DNA of 64,000 nucleotides from an uncultured beta proteobacterium (GTDB lineage: Bacteria > Pseudomonadota > Gammaproteobacteria > Burkholderiales > Usitatibacteraceae), in contig CAWHAQ010000002.1 of NCBI GenBank assembly GCA_963827425.1, positions 515,106 to 579,105 of the forward strand, given 5' to 3'. Below, piece by piece: positions 35,618-47,810 of this stretch (position 1 is the first letter of the stretch; each line of letters opens with the position of its first letter). Below the pieces are notes generated by a model. That model had not been told where the DNA came from and searched no databases. It worked only from the letters and a program-made list of their open reading frames with translations. Position numbers and translations under genes: made by a program.

Positions 35618-36882
35618 GGCTTCGGCTCGCCGTTCGCGTCGATCTCCGGGAAGAGAGCGCGCACGGCGCGGGCGAGGCCGTCGCGCTCGCCCTCGGCGGC
35701 GTGCGACAGGGCCTGCATCGGATGATGGAGGAACTTGTTGGCGAACCCGCGCGCGAAGGCCTCCAGCACCGCGTCCGGATCCTCGCCCTTCGCGAGCCGG
35801 GCGCGCGCGCGCGCGAGCTCGACCTCGCGGTAGGCGTCGGCGCGCTGGCGCAGCTCGACGATGGCGGGCACCGCGGCGCGCGCCCCCTGCCATTCGCGGA
35901 ACGCCGCCACCTGGCGCTCGACGATCGCCTCGGCATCGGCCACCGCCGCATGGCGCGACTCGGCGCCTTGCTGCACGATCTTGCCCAGGTCGTCGAGGCT
36001 GTAGAGGAAGACGTCGCCCAGCTCCGTCACCTGCGGCTCCACGTCGCGGGGCACGGCGAGGTCGGCGATGAACATCGGGCGGCGCCGGCGGGCCTTGAGC
36101 GCGCTCTCGATCAGCCCCTTGCCCAGGATGGGGACCGTCGAGGCGGTGGCGGTGACCACGATGTCGAACTCGGCGATGCGCGCGGGCAGGTCGGGGAGCG
36201 CGATCGCCTCGGCGCCGAAGCGCTCCGCGAACTCCTCGCCGCGCTCCACCGTGCGGTTGGCCACCACCACGGAACGCGGGCGCATCGCGACGAAGTACGT
36301 GGCGGCGAGCTCCACCATCTCGCCCACGCCGATCAGCAGCAGCGTGGTGCGCGACAGGTCGCCGAAGAGGTTCTGGGCGAGCTTCAACGCCGCGGCCGCC
36401 ATCGAGATGGAAGCGCTCCCGATCGCGGTCTCGGTGCGCACCTGCTTGGCCACCGCGAATGTGTTCTGGAAGAGGCGCCCGAGGGTGGGCCCGACCGTCC
36501 CGGCGCCCTCGGCGGTGCGCACCGACTCCTTCACCTGGCCCAGGATCTGCGGCTCGCCCACCACCATGGAATCCAGCCCCGCGGCGACGCGGAACGCATG
36601 GCGGACGGCCGCATCTCCCGTGTGGCAGTAGAGGTGGGCAGCCAGCTCGACGCCGGAGCGGGCCGCCTCGCGCTCCAGCCAGCCGCGCACGCTCGCGGCG
36701 TCCTCCGCCCGGCAGTAGACCTCGGTACGGTTGCAGGTGGACACCAGCACCGCTTCGGCCACCCCGGGCTGGGAGGCCAGATCGCCCAGCGCCGCGCCCT
36801 GCCGCTCGGCCGGGAAGGCGAGCTTCTCCCGGATTTCCAGCGGGGCGCTGTTGTGGCTTATGCCGAGGACATGGAGGGTCAT
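35614..36882 (-). CDS. hemA: Glutamyl-tRNA reductase
   Basis: STCNRTE, GEPQILGQ, DLAVPRD. Confidence 0.96.
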   Translation of the reverse strand: MTLHVLGISHNSAPLEIREKLAFPAERQGAALGDLASQPGVAEAVLVSTCNRTEVYCRAEDAASVRGWLEREAARSGVELAAHLYCHTGDAAVRHAFRVAAGLDSMVVGEPQILGQVKESVRTAEGAGTVGPTLGRLFQNTFAVAKQVRTETAIGSASISMAAAALKLAQNLFGDLSRTTLLLIGVGEMVELAATYFVAMRPRSVVVANRTVERGEEFAERFGAEAIALPDLPARIAEFDIVVTATASTVPILGKGLIESALKARRRRPMFIADLAVPRDVEPQVTELGDVFLYSLDDLGKIVQQGAESRHAAVADAEAIVERQVAAFREWQGARAAVPAIVELRQRADAYREVELARARARLAKGEDPDAVLEAFARGFANKFLHHPMQALSHAAEGERDGLARAVRALFPEIDANGEPKP

Positions 36883-37025
36883 GGGAACCCAAAATTATAT
36901 CAGCCGACCCCCCTGCGACCGGCCCGTGACCGCGTCGGGCGGGTTGCAGGTATGATTGGCCAGAACTTTACAAACTAAAAGAACTAGGCGCATTATGACC
37001 CTGATTTGAAACGATAACTTTAAGT

Positions 37026-38736
37026 ATGGCTGCCCAGCCTGCCCACTTCAGCGCCCTCGGGCGCGCCCTCGTCCAGCAAGGCCGCCTCGTGCAGGCCGAT
37101 GCCAACGTCATCCATACGGAAGCGAAGGCGGCCGGCGTTTCGTTCATCCAGCAGCTCGTCGCCTCGAAGAAGCTCTCCGCCAAGGAGGTCTCGCTCTTCG
37201 CCGCGCAGACCTTCGGCTATCCGCTGCTCGACCTGAACGCGGTCGACATCGACCAGCTCCCGCATCAACCTGATCGACAGCAAGATCGTCGCGAACCACC
37301 GCGTGGTGGCGCTCGGCAAGCGCGGCAACCGCGTGTTCGTGGGCATGTCGGACCCGTCCAACGAGCAGGTGCTGCAGGAGGTGAAGTTCGCCACCGGCAT
37401 GACGATGGAGCCGGTGGTGGTGGAGGACGACAAGCTCTCGGTCGTCGTCCGCAAACTCACCGACTAGCTCGACCAAGGCGCTCGAGACGGCCACCGAGGA
37501 CGTCGACCTCTCCGGGATGGAGATCACCGACGGCGAGGCGCCGCCCGACATCGTCACCGAGGACATCGACGACGCTCCGGTGGTGAAGTACGTCACCAAG
37601 ATCCTGCTCGACGCGATCAACGGCGGGGCCTCGGACATGCACTTCGAGCCCTACGAGAAGTTCTACCGCATCCGCTACCGCACCGACGGCATCCTCTACG
37701 ACGTGGCCCAGCCGCCGCTCGCCATCAAGGAGAAGATCGCCTCGCGCATCAAGGTGGTCTCCAAGCTCGACATCTCGGAGAAGCGCGTGCCGCAGGACGG
37801 GCGCATGAAGATGACGCTGTCGAAGACGCGCGCGATCGACTTCCGCGTCTCGACGCTGCCCACGCTGCTTCGGCGAGAAGATCTGCATGCGGATCCTCGA
37901 TCCGTCGAGCGCCACGCTGGGCATCGACGCGCTGGGCTACGAGGCGGAGCAGAGGGAATTCCTGATGCACGCCATCCAGCGCCCCTACGGGATGGTGCTG
38001 GTGACGGGCCCCACGGGCTCGGGCAAGACAGTCTCGCTCTACACGTGCCTCAACATCCTCAACAAGCCGGGCATCAACATCTCGACGGCGGAGGACCCCG
38101 CGGAGATCAACCTCGCGGGCATCAACCAGGTGCAACATGAACGACAAGGCCGGGCTCACCTTCTCGGTGGCGCTGAAGGCGTTCCTGCGCCAGGACCCGG
38201 ACATCATCATGGTGGGCGAGATCCGCGACCTGGAGACGGGCGAGATCGCGATCAAGGCCGCGCAGACCGGCCACATGGTGCTCTCGACGCTGCACACCAA
38301 CGACGCCCCCACCACGCTCACCCGCCTCATGAACATGGGCATCGCCCCGTTCAACATCGCCTCGAGCGTGATCCTCATCACCGCGCAGCGCCTGGCGCGC
38401 AAGCTATGCTCCTGCAAGAAGCCCGAGGACATCCCGGAGGAGGCGCTGCTGCGCGCGGGATTCAAGGAGGAAGACCTCGACGGGACGTGGCAGCCGTACG
38501 GTCCCGCGGGGTGCGACCTGTGCAAGAATACCGGGTACAAGGGCCGCGTCGGCATCTACCAGGTGATGCCCATCAGCGATGAAATGGCGCGGATCATCAT
38601 GAAGAACGGGACGGCGATCGACCTCGCCGACCAGGCCCGTCGCGAAGGCGTGAACGATCTTCGCCAGTCCGGGTTGCTCAAGGTGAAGAAGGGCCTTACC
38701 TCCCTCGAGGAGATCGAGGCCGTGACCAACGAGTAG
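37026..38736 (+). CDS. pilB: Type IV pilus assembly ATPase (indels and one internal stop)
   Basis: [33 protein letters not shown] across frames. Confidence 0.92.
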
Positions 38737-38748
38737 CGGGAGATAACC

Positions 38749-39977
38749 ATGGCAGCCGTCGCCAAGCGCGATACCAAGGACGTCAAGCTCTACAACTACT
38801 CCTGGACCGGCAAGGACAAGACCGGCAAGCGCGATGCGCGGCGAGGTCCGCGCCGGCGGGGAGCACATCGTGCTCGCCCAGCTGCGCAGGCAGGGCCTGC
38901 AGAGCATCTCCGTGAAGAAGGTCTCCATGCGCGGGGGCAAGAAGATCACGGAGAAGGACATCACGATCTTCACGCGCCAGCTCGCGGTGATGATGAAGGC
39001 GGGCGTGCCGCTGCTGCAGGCCTTCGACATCGTCGGCCGCGGCCACGGCAACCCCTCGGTGGGCAAGCTCCTGCTCGACATCAAGACCGACGTCGAGACC
39101 GGCTCGTCGCTCTCCCAGGCGTTCCGCAAGTACCCGCGCGTACTTCGACGCCCTCTTCTGCAACCTGGTGGGCGCGGGCGAGCAGGCGGGCATCCTGGAC
39201 AGCCTGCTCGAGCGGCTGGCCACGTACAAGGAAAAGATCCTCGCCATCAAGAGCAAGATCAAGGGCGCGCTCTTCTACCCGATCGCGGTGATCGTGGTGG
39301 CGCTCGTCGTGACCGCGGTGATCATGATCTTCGTGATCCCGGTCTTCAAGGACCTCTTCAAGGGCTTCGGCGCGGACCTGCCGGCTCCCACGCTGGTGGT
39401 GATGGCGATCTCGGACTTCTTCGTCGGCAACTGGTGGTGGATCTTCCCGGGCCTCATCGGCGGCGTCTGGTTCTTCATGGTCTCCTGGAAGCGCTCGGTC
39501 ACGATGCAGCGCTTCATGGACCGCCTGGTCCTGCGCCTGCCGGTATTCGGCGACGTGATCAGGAAGGCGGCCATCGCGCGCTGGTGCCGCACGCTCTCGA
39601 CCATGTTCGCGGCCGGCGTGCCGCTGGTCGAGTCGCTCGACTCGGTGGCGGGCGCGGCGGGCAACTACGTCTACTACGAGGCCACCAAGCGCATCCAGAG
39701 CGAGGTCTCCACGGGTACCGGCCTCACGGTCGCGATGACCAACTCGGGCGTCTTCCCGAACATGGTGCTGCAGATGATCGCGATCGGCGAGGAGTCGGGC
39801 GCGCTCGACTCGATGCTCTCCAAGGTCGCCGACTTCTTCGAGCAGGAGGTGGACGACGCGGTGGACTCGCTCTCCTCCCTGATGGAGCCGATGATCATGG
39901 TGGTGCTGGGCGCCCTCATCGGCGGCATCGTGGTCGCCATGTACCTGCCGATCTTCAAGATGGGCCAGGCGATCTAG
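38749..39977 (+). CDS. pilC: Type IV pilus platform protein (frameshifted)
   Basis: FTRQLA.M..AGVPL; GEESG.LD; MEP...YLPIF. Confidence 0.92.
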
Positions 39978-40001
39978 GCTGGTCCGCGGCGAGACGCACG
40001 G

Positions 40002-40035
40002 GCGGGCGCGGGGAGCGATCCCCGCGCCCGCATTT
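40002..40035 (+). terminator. 13-bp GC hairpin with GNRA loop between pilC and pilD
   Basis: GCGGGCGCGGGGA-GCGA-TCCCCGCGCCCGC followed by ATTT (weak U tract). Confidence 0.45.
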
Positions 40036-40051
40036 CATAGGGCCGCGCACG

Positions 40052-40918
40052 ATGGAAGCCTTCGCGCTGATGCAGGAATCGCCGCTGGCGCTCGCCATCG
40101 TCGCCGGGGTCGTGGGGCTGTGCGTGGGCTCGTTCCTCAACGTCGTGATCCACCGCCTGCCGCGCATGATGGAAGCGGGGTGGAAGGCCGAGTGCGCCGC
40201 GCTCGAGGGCCGCGAGCCCGCGCCCGCGGAGGTCTTCAACCTCGTGGTGCCGCGCTCGCGCTGCCCGTCTTGCGGCACGCAGATCACGGCCTGGCAGAAC
40301 GTGCCGGTGGTGAGCTGGCTGGCACTCGGCGGCAAGTGCGCGGCGTGCAAGGCGCCCATCAGCGCGCGCTACCCGATGGTCGAGGCCGCGGCGGGACTCC
40401 TCGCGGTGCTCTTCGCGTGGCGCTTCGGCTATGGCGCGGCGCTGGTGCCCGCGCTCGCCTTCGCGTGGGCCCTTCTCGCGCTCACGTTCATCGACTTCGA
40501 CACGCAGCTGCTGCCCGACGACATCACGCTGCCGCTGCTCTGGGCCGGGCTCATCGCCAACGCGTTCGGCGTCTTCACCGACCTGCACTCGGCGGTGCTG
40601 GGCGCGGCGGGCGGCTACCTCATCCTGTGGAGCGTCTACTGGATCTTCCGCCTCGTCGCGCGCAAGGAGGGCATGGGCTACGGCGACTTCAAGCTGCTCG
40701 CGGCGATCGGCGCGTGGACGGGCTGGCAGGTGTTGCCCGTGGCGATCCTGGTCTCGGCGGGGCTGGGAGCGGTGCTGGGCACGCTTGCGCTGTGGCTGCA
40801 GCGCAAGGGCCGCGACACGCGCATCCCGTTCGGGCCGTACCTCGCGCTGGGCGGCATCGTCGGCCTCGCGTGGGGACATGCGGTGGTCGTGTGGTGGCTG
40901 GGACGGTACCCGGGGTGA
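40052..40918 (+). CDS. pilD: Prepilin peptidase
   Basis: GSFLNVVI.RLP, 2x CxxC, GMGYGDFKL, IPFGPYL. Confidence 0.95.
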   Translation: MEAFALMQESPLALAIVAGVVGLCVGSFLNVVIHRLPRMMEAGWKAECAALEGREPAPAEVFNLVVPRSRCPSCGTQITAWQNVPVVSWLALGGKCAACKAPISARYPMVEAAAGLLAVLFAWRFGYGAALVPALAFAWALLALTFIDFDTQLLPDDITLPLLWAGLIANAFGVFTDLHSAVLGAAGGYLILWSVYWIFRLVARKEGMGYGDFKLLAAIGAWTGWQVLPVAILVSAGLGAVLGTLALWLQRKGRDTRIPFGPYLALGGIVGLAWGHAVVVWWLGRYPG

Positions 40919-41520
40919 GCTTCGCCGTCGGCCTCACGGGCGGCATCGGCGCGGGCAAGACCGCGGTGTCCACGCGCCTCGCCGCCCTGGGCGCGAGCGT
41001 GGTGGACACGGACCTCATCGCGCGCGGGCTGACGGGGGCCAGCGGCGCGGCGATCGCGGCTCTCCGCGAGGCGTTCGGCGCGCGCTTCGTGACCGCCGAG
41101 GGGGCGCTGGACCGCGCCGCGATGCGCGCCCTAGCCTTCGAGGACCCGCTCGCGCGCGGCCGGCTCGAGGCGATCCTGCATCCCGCGATCCGCGCCGAGG
41201 CCGATCGCGCGCTCGCCGGCGCCACCGGGCCCTACGCGGTGGTGGTCGTCCCGCTGCTCTTCGAGACGCGCGGCTACGTCTACCGCGTCGACCGCACGCT
41301 GGTGGTCGACTGCCCCGAGGTGCTGCAGGCCGAGCGCACCATGCGCCGCTCGGGCCTCGAGCCCGCGCAGGTGCGCTCCATCATGGCCGCGCAGTGGCCG
41401 CGCTGGCGGCGCCTGCAGGCGGCCGACGACGTGATCTGGAACGGGGGCTCCGAGAGCGAGCTCGACGCGCAGTGCTCGCGCGTGCACGAGCGCTACGCGG
41501 CGCGGGCCCGATCGCGGTGA
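40915..41520 (+). CDS. coaE: Dephospho-CoA kinase
   Basis: GLTGGIGAGK, LDRAA, HP.I, VPLLFE. Confidence 0.93.
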   Translation: MSFAVGLTGGIGAGKTAVSTRLAALGASVVDTDLIARGLTGASGAAIAALREAFGARFVTAEGALDRAAMRALAFEDPLARGRLEAILHPAIRAEADRALAGATGPYAVVVVPLLFETRGYVYRVDRTLVVDCPEVLQAERTMRRSGLEPAQVRSIMAAQWPRWRRLQAADDVIWNGGSESELDAQCSRVHERYAARARSR

Positions 41521-41578
41521 GCGGATTGTCATCGCCCGCCCGTTGCTCCACAATCGCGGCCAACCGAAGGCGGGTTCC

Positions 41579-42334
41579 GTGATCACCTACGAATATCCCC
41601 TGAACGAGCGCGTGCGGACACTCCTGCGCCTCGAGGACCTCTACGAGCGCGTCGCGTATTTCCTCGCGAAGGACACCGCGCACGACCACCACGCGTGCCT
41701 CACCGCCATGTTCGAGATCATCGAGGTGGCGAGCCGCGCGGACCTGAAAAGCGACCTGCTGCAGGAGCTCGACCGCCAGCGCACCTTCCTCGACGCGCTG
41801 CGCAGCAATCCCGCGATCTCCGAGGAGAAGCTCAACGCCGTGCTGGCCGAGATCGACAGCGCGTTCGCGAACCTGCACGCCACCTCGGGCAAGACCGGCC
41901 AGAGCCTGCGCGAGAACGAGTGGCTGATGGCGATCAAGCAGCGCGCCGGCATCCCCGGCGGCACGAGCGAGTTCGACCTGCCCTCCTACCACCACTGGCT
42001 GCACCACCCGGCGCCGCGCCGCCGCGACGACCTCGCCGAGTGGCTGAAGACGCTGCTCCCGGTCCACGCCGCGCTCGCCATCGTGCTGCGCGTGCTGCGC
42101 GAGAGCGGGCGCACCGTGTCGCTGATGGCGTTCCAGGGCGTGTACCAGCAGACGCCGGCCGAGAAGCCCGCGCAGATGCTGCGCCTGACACTCGCCGACG
42201 AGCTTCCGTGCGTGCCCGAGATCAGCGCCAACAAGTACGCGCTCAACGTGCGCTTCCTGCTGCCCGAGGGCGTGCAGAAGAGCCGCGTGTACGACCAGGA
42301 CGTTTCCTTCGAGCTCGCCTTCTGCAACCTCTAG
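41579..42334 (+). CDS. zapD: Cell division protein ZapD
   Basis: [23 protein letters not shown]. Confidence 0.93.
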   Translation: MITYEYPLNERVRTLLRLEDLYERVAYFLAKDTAHDHHACLTAMFEIIEVASRADLKSDLLQELDRQRTFLDALRSNPAISEEKLNAVLAEIDSAFANLHATSGKTGQSLRENEWLMAIKQRAGIPGGTSEFDLPSYHHWLHHPAPRRRDDLAEWLKTLLPVHAALAIVLRVLRESGRTVSLMAFQGVYQQTPAEKPAQMLRLTLADELPCVPEISANKYALNVRFLLPEGVQKSRVYDQDVSFELAFCNL

Positions 42335-42339
42335 GAGCG

Positions 42340-42567
42340 ATGAGCCGCGACGCCTCGACCCCCGGCACGGGCCCCGCCCGCACGGTGGCCTGCCCGGCAT
42401 GCGGCAAGAAGTGTGAGTTCGAGCCGTGCAACCCGTGGCGGCCGTTCTGCTCGCAGCGCTGCCGCACGCGCGACCTCGGGGCCTGGGCTTCCGAGGGCTA
42501 CCGCGTGCCGGGCAAACCTGTCGAGGGCGATTCCGGGGACGGCAACGAGGGCTCCGCCGGCGGCTGA
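42340..42567 (+). CDS. yacG: DNA gyrase inhibitor YacG
   Basis: CP.CG...RPFCS.RC...DLGAWA. Confidence 0.92.
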   Translation: MSRDASTPGTGPARTVACPACGKKCEFEPCNPWRPFCSQRCRTRDLGAWASEGYRVPGKPVEGDSGDGNEGSAGG

Positions 42568-42633
42568 GCGCGCGGGCTTTTGCGTGGCGACGCCCGGTCG
42601 GCTAAAATAGCGCGGTTCCAAGCGGCAACTCCG

Positions 42634-43101
42634 ATGGCTTCTTCCGCGGAATCCCCGCCTTACGTCCATTTCTCGGTTCCCAACCGATCGCTCGGCCCCA
42701 TGGGGCGGCGCTGGGCCCTGGGAATGATCGCCTCGACCACGATCGGTATCTCGTGCGCGATGGCGGTGGTCGGGGCGTGGCCCGTGATGCCCTTCGCGGG
42801 GCTCGAGGTGCTGCTGGTCGCGGTCGCGTTCCGGCTCGTGCAGAGGCACGACGCGGACTTCGAGCGGCTCACGATCGGCGAGCACGAGGTGCGGGTGGAG
42901 GCGCGCGCGGCGCGTTGCGAGACGCGCTTCGTCGCCCACCGGCACTGGGCCCGGGTGGTGGTGCGCGAGGACGGGCGGCATTGCACGCTCGCGCTCGCGT
43001 ACCGCGGGAGGTCGGAGCCGCTGGGAAGGTTGTTGTCGGACGAGGGACGGCGCGCGCTCGCCCGGAAGCTCCGGGGGCGCATCGCCGTCACTGCCAACTA
43101 A
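42634..43101 (+). CDS. DUF2244 membrane protein
   Basis: PNRSL...GAWPVMPFAGLE; precedes the cox operon. Confidence 0.85.
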   Translation: MASSAESPPYVHFSVPNRSLGPMGRRWALGMIASTTIGISCAMAVVGAWPVMPFAGLEVLLVAVAFRLVQRHDADFERLTIGEHEVRVEARAARCETRFVAHRHWARVVVREDGRHCTLALAYRGRSEPLGRLLSDEGRRALARKLRGRIAVTAN

Positions 43102-43130
43102 AGAGAATTCCGGAAAACAAAGGCCTGGCC

Positions 43131-44336
43131 ATGCATCTGAAACACCTCCGCGCCCTCGTCGCGCTCCTGGCATCGCTTCCCGTATCCCTCGCGACGTTCG
43201 CCGCGTACGACGTGGACATCATGACGCCGGTCACGCCCATGTCGGTCGACTCGTACCGGCTGCACTGGGGCATCCTCTGGGTGTGCGTGGCGATCTTCAT
43301 CATCGTGTTCGGCACGATGTTCTGGTCGATCTTCAAGCACCGCAAGAGCCGGGGAGCCGTCGCCGCGCAGTTCCACGAGAACACCGCGATCGAGATCCTG
43401 TGGACCATCGTGCCGTTCGTGGTGCTGATCGGCATGGCCTATCCCGCCACGCGCACCATGATCGAGATGAAGGACCCCTCGGGCGCGGACATGGCGATCA
43501 AGATCACCGCCTACCAGTGGCGCTGGGAGTACGACTACCAGCAGGACGGCGTGAAGTTCGTCTCCAACCTCGCCACGCCGCGCGACCAGATCGAGAACTA
43601 CGACGGCCCCGGCCCGGCCAAGAACGACAACTATTTGCTGGAGGTGGACAACCCGATGGTGGTCCCGGTGGGCAAGAAGGTCCGGCTGCTCATCACTTCC
43701 AACGACGTGATCCACGGCTGGTACGTGCCGCAGCTCGCCGTGAACCAGTACGGCATCCCGGGCTTCGTGAAGGACGCCTGGATCGAGGTCCAGAAGCCCG
43801 GCATCTACCGCGGCCAGTGCAGCCAGATCTGCGGCAAGGAGCACGCGTACATGCCGATCGTGGTCGACGCGCGCTCGCCCGAGGAGTACGCCGCGTGGGT
43901 GAAGGAGCAGAAGGCGAAGATGCCGCCGCCCCCGCAGGCCGCCGCGCCCGCCGAAGCCGCCGCGCCGCAAGCCGGGGCCGCGCCCGCGGGTGCCGCCACC
44001 GTCGCCGCCGCCCAGCCCGGCGCCAAGATGACGCTAGACGAGCTGAAGGCGAAGGGCGAGAAGGTCTACATGGCCAACTGCTCCGCCTGCCACCAGCCCA
44101 CGGGCAAGGGCATGCCGCCGGCCTTCCCGGCGCTCGACGGCTCCAAGGTCGCCACCGGGCCCAAGGCCGCGCACATCGCCACGGTCCTCAAGGGCCGCCC
44201 GGGCACCGCGATGGCCTCGTGGGCGCACCTGTCCGACGAGGAAGTCGCCTCCGTCATCACCTACGAGCGCAACAGCTGGGGCAACAAGACCGGCGATGCA
44301 ATCCAGCCCGCCGAGATCGCTGCCGCCCGCAAGTAG
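43131..44336 (+). CDS. coxB: Cytochrome c oxidase subunit II with fused cytochrome c
   Basis: CuA ligands DVIH...[12 protein letters not shown]; C-terminal CSACH. Confidence 0.95.
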   Translation: MHLKHLRALVALLASLPVSLATFAAYDVDIMTPVTPMSVDSYRLHWGILWVCVAIFIIVFGTMFWSIFKHRKSRGAVAAQFHENTAIEILWTIVPFVVLIGMAYPATRTMIEMKDPSGADMAIKITAYQWRWEYDYQQDGVKFVSNLATPRDQIENYDGPGPAKNDNYLLEVDNPMVVPVGKKVRLLITSNDVIHGWYVPQLAVNQYGIPGFVKDAWIEVQKPGIYRGQCSQICGKEHAYMPIVVDARSPEEYAAWVKEQKAKMPPPPQAAAPAEAAAPQAGAAPAGAATVAAAQPGAKMTLDELKAKGEKVYMANCSACHQPTGKGMPPAFPALDGSKVATGPKAAHIATVLKGRPGTAMASWAHLSDEEVASVITYERNSWGNKTGDAIQPAEIAAARK

Positions 44337-44379
44337 CCGCCAGCCAAACCCGAATCGAGATCGAGAAAGCGACGCCACC

Positions 44380-45987
44380 ATGAGCACGATCAGTCCCGCT
44401 CACGACGACCACTCCCACGGCCACGACCACGACCACGCGCACCACGGGCCGCCGAGCGGCATCACCCGGTGGCTCTACACCACCAACCACAAGGACATCG
44501 GCACGATGTACCTCGTGTTCTCGTGCGCGATGTTCTTCATCGGCGGCACGATGGCGATGCTGATCCGCCTCGAGCTCTTCAAGCCGGGCCTGCAGTTCTT
44601 CAACCCCGAGTTCTTCAACTCGCTCACCACGGTGCACGGCCTGGTGATGATCTTCGGGGCGATCATGCCGGCGTTCGTGGGCCTGGCGAACTGGCTCGTG
44701 CCGATGCAGGTGGGGGCGGCGGACATGGCCTTCCCGCGCATGAACAACTGGAGCTTCTGGCTGCTGATCCCTGCCGGGACCCTGCTCCTGGGCTCGTTCT
44801 TCGCCCCGGGCGGCGCCATCGCCTCGGGCTGGACGCTCTACCCGCCGCTGTCGGTGCAGCAGGGCATGGCGATGGACATGACGATCCTCGCGATCCACAT
44901 GCTGGGCGCCTCGTCGATCATGGGCTCGATCAACATCATCACCACCATCCTCAACATGCGAGCGCCCGGCATGACGCTCATGAAGATGCCGCTCTTCGTG
45001 TGGACGTGGCTCATCACGGCGTACCTGCTGATCGCGGTGATGCCGGTGCTCGCGGGCTGCATCACGATGCTGCTCACCGACCGCCACTTCGGCACCAGCT
45101 TCTTCAACGCGGCCGGCGGCGGCGACCCCACGATGTTCCTGCACATCTTCTGGTTCTTCGGGCACCCGGAGGTGTACATCATGATCCTGCCGGCGTTCGG
45201 GATCATCTCGCAGATCATCCCGGCGTTCGCGCGCAAACCCCTCTTCGGCTACGCCTCGATGGTGTACGCCACCGCCTCCATCGCGCTGCTCTCCTTCATC
45301 GTGTGGGGCCACCACATGTTCACCGTGGGCATGCCCGCGGCCGGCAACCTCTTCTTCATGTACGCGACCATCCTCATCTCGGTGCCCACGGGCGTGAAGA
45401 TCTTCAACTGGATCTCGACCATGTGGCGCGGCTCGATGACCTTCGAGACGCCGATGCTCTTCGCGATCGGGTTCCTGTGCCTCTTCACCATCGGCGGCTT
45501 CTCGGGCCTCGTGCTCGCCATCGCCCCGGTGGACATCACGCTGCACAACACCTACTACGTGGTGGCGCACTTCCACTACGTGCTCGTCTCGGGCGCGCTC
45601 TTCGCGATCATGGCGGCGGTGTACTTCTGGCTGCCCAAGTGGAGCGGGCGCATGTACAACGAGACCCTGGGCAAGTGGCACTTCTGGCTCTCGATGGTGG
45701 GCTTCAACGTCGCGTTCTTCCCGCAGCACTTCCTCGGGCTCGCGGGCATGCCGCGCCGCATTCCGGACTACGCGCTGCAATTCGCCGAATGGAACATGTG
45801 GTCGTCGATCGGCGCCTGGCTCTTCGGCGCCTCGCAGCTCCTGCTGGTGTGGAACGTCGTGTCCACCATCCGCAACGGCAAGCCCGCCCCGCAGATGCCG
45901 TGGGAGGGCGCCGACTCGCTCGAGTGGACGCACCTGCCGACGCCGGCGCCGTACCACACGTTCGAGACCGCGCCCGTCATCAAGTGA
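44380..45987 (+). CDS. coxA: Cytochrome c oxidase subunit I (A1 type)
   Basis: GHPEVY, WGHH, HFHY. Confidence 0.97.
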   Translation: MSTISPAHDDHSHGHDHDHAHHGPPSGITRWLYTTNHKDIGTMYLVFSCAMFFIGGTMAMLIRLELFKPGLQFFNPEFFNSLTTVHGLVMIFGAIMPAFVGLANWLVPMQVGAADMAFPRMNNWSFWLLIPAGTLLLGSFFAPGGAIASGWTLYPPLSVQQGMAMDMTILAIHMLGASSIMGSINIITTILNMRAPGMTLMKMPLFVWTWLITAYLLIAVMPVLAGCITMLLTDRHFGTSFFNAAGGGDPTMFLHIFWFFGHPEVYIMILPAFGIISQIIPAFARKPLFGYASMVYATASIALLSFIVWGHHMFTVGMPAAGNLFFMYATILISVPTGVKIFNWISTMWRGSMTFETPMLFAIGFLCLFTIGGFSGLVLAIAPVDITLHNTYYVVAHFHYVLVSGALFAIMAAVYFWLPKWSGRMYNETLGKWHFWLSMVGFNVAFFPQHFLGLAGMPRRIPDYALQFAEWNMWSSIGAWLFGASQLLLVWNVVSTIRNGKPAPQMPWEGADSLEWTHLPTPAPYHTFETAPVIK

Positions 45988-45991
45988 CGCG

Positions 45992-46135
45992 ATGACGGCG
46001 AGCGATGACATGACGACCAAGCCGGCTCCGGCCACCCCCGCGCAGAGGAAGCGCGCGGCGGTGACGGCGGCGCTGCTCGCGGTGTTCGCCGTCGTGGTCT
46101 ACGTCACGGTGATGCTGCAGATCGCGGTGCGCTGA
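45992..46135 (+). CDS. Small single-TM cytochrome oxidase-associated protein
   Basis: 47 aa ORF (below the ORF-track cutoff) between coxA and ctaG; basic stretch plus TM helix. Confidence 0.65.
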   Translation: MTASDDMTTKPAPATPAQRKRAAVTAALLAVFAVVVYVTVMLQIAVR

Positions 46136-46136
46136 C

Positions 46137-46664
46137 ATGCAAGCGTCGCTCCGCCTCGAGAACCGCCGCCTGGTCGGCAAGCTCGTCACGATCTGCGCTC
46201 TGATGGTGGCGTTCGCCTACCTCATGATCCCGCTCTACAGGCAGATCTGCAAGGCGACCGGAATCGACCGCACGCGCGCGGTGGGCTCCGCCAACACGCA
46301 GGTGGACGTGACGCGCGAGGTGAAGGTGCAGTTCCTCGCGAGCACCGCGGGGCTGCCGTGGAAGTTCGAGGCGCCCGGCCACAGCGTGATGCTGCACCCG
46401 GGCGAGTTCCGGATGGTGCACTACCGCGTCGTGAACACGCTGGGGCGCACCGTCACCGCGCACGCGCAGTGGAGCACGGCGCCCGCGCAGGCCGCGCGCT
46501 GGATCCAGAAGCAGCAGTGCTTCTGCTTCTCGAACCAGACGCTCGCCCCGGGAGAGTCGCGCGACATGCCGGTCGTCTTCCGCGTGAGCCCGGAGGCGCC
46601 CAAGGACCTGGGCACCATCGTGCTGTCGTACACATTCCTGGAAGCGCCCGGGGGGGCGTCGTGA
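46137..46664 (+). CDS. ctaG: Cytochrome c oxidase assembly protein CtaG/Cox11
   Basis: PLY..IC..TG, CFCF, LSYTF. Confidence 0.92.
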   Translation: MQASLRLENRRLVGKLVTICALMVAFAYLMIPLYRQICKATGIDRTRAVGSANTQVDVTREVKVQFLASTAGLPWKFEAPGHSVMLHPGEFRMVHYRVVNTLGRTVTAHAQWSTAPAQAARWIQKQQCFCFSNQTLAPGESRDMPVVFRVSPEAPKDLGTIVLSYTFLEAPGGAS

Positions 46665-46669
46665 GCGGC

Positions 46670-46849
46670 ATGAGCCTCCTCGACGCCTTCAAGGCCGTCT
46701 TCTGGAGCTTCTTCGGCGTGCGCAAGCACGCGCACTACCAGGCGGACTTCACGCAGCTCAAGGTCTGGCAGGTGATCGCGGCGGGCATCGCGAGCATCGT
46801 GCTCTTCGTGCTCGCGATCTACGGCATCGTGCAGCTCGTCACGCGCTAG
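46670..46849 (+). CDS. DUF2970 small membrane protein
   Basis: [11 protein letters not shown] motif. Confidence 0.85.
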   Translation: MSLLDAFKAVFWSFFGVRKHAHYQADFTQLKVWQVIAAGIASIVLFVLAIYGIVQLVTR

Positions 46850-46881
46850 AAACCACGAATCGAGAACAAGGGGATACCAAA

Positions 46882-47732
46882 GTGGCCAACACCCATACCT
46901 CCGGATACTACTTCGCGCCGCCTTCCAAGTGGCCGGTCGTGGGATCCATCGCGCTCTTCTTCCTCGCCTTCGGCGGCGTGCTGATCTTCAACGACTACCC
47001 CGTGGGCTGGGTCTCGTTCGCGATCGGCTTCTTCACGCTGGTGTACATGCTCTTCGGCTGGTTCGGCACCGTGATCCGCGAGAGCGAGGGCGGGCTCTTC
47101 AACCCGCAGGTGGACATGTCCTTCCGCTGGGCGATGGGCTGGTTCATCTTCTCGGAGGTGATGTTCTTCGCCGCGTTCTTCGGCGCGCTCTTCTACGCGC
47201 GCGTGTACTCGGTGCCGTGGCTCGCCGACCTGGACAACAAGCTGCTGTGGCCCGACTTCGCCGCGCACTGGCCCACCTCGGGCCCCTTCCGCCCGCCGGA
47301 GTTCTCGCCGATGCACGCGTGGGGCATCCCCGCCATCAACACGCTGCTGCTGCTCTCCTCGGGCGTGACGGTGACCTGGGCGCACTGGGCGCTCAAGAAG
47401 GGCGACCGCTCCAACCTGATCTTCGGCCTCGCCCTCACCATCATCCTCGGCCTCACGTTCCTCTCGCTGCAGGGCTTCGAGTACTTCCACGCCTACCACG
47501 AGCTCAACCTCAAGCTCACCACCGGCGTATTCGGCTCGACGTTCTTCATGCTCACCGGCTTCCACGGCTTCCACGTGACGCTCGGGGCCACGATGCTGAT
47601 CGTGATCCTGTTCCGCTGCGTGGCCGGCCACTTCCGCCCGACCATCACTTCGGCTTCGAGGCCGTGTCCTGGTACTGGCACTTCGTGGACGTGGTCTGGC
47701 TGCTGCTCTTCATCTTCGTCTACTGGCTGTAG
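46882..47732 (+). CDS. coxC: Cytochrome c oxidase subunit III (indel near 47640)
   Basis: [27 protein letters not shown]. Confidence 0.95.
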
Positions 47733-47736
47733 CAGG

Positions 47737-47809
47737 AAAAGGGGTCAGGTTAAATTTTCGCTTGTCCCCGGTCTGGGACGTGACGAAAATTTAACCTGCC
47801 CCTTTTTTT
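47737..47809. terminator. Long palindrome between convergent genes (bidirectional terminator or REP-like element)
   Basis: AAAAGGGGTCAGGTTAAATTTTCG...CGAAAATTTAACCTG-CCCCTTTT. Confidence 0.7.
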
Positions 47810-47810
47810 C

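Noticed and set aside
38834-40918. PilC-PilD fusion ORF (694 aa)
   Set aside because: Frameshift artefact; pilC ends normally at 39977 and pilD has its own start.
44380-44450. His-rich N-terminus of CoxA as a novel metal-binding module
   Set aside because: Common in proteobacterial subunit I sequences.
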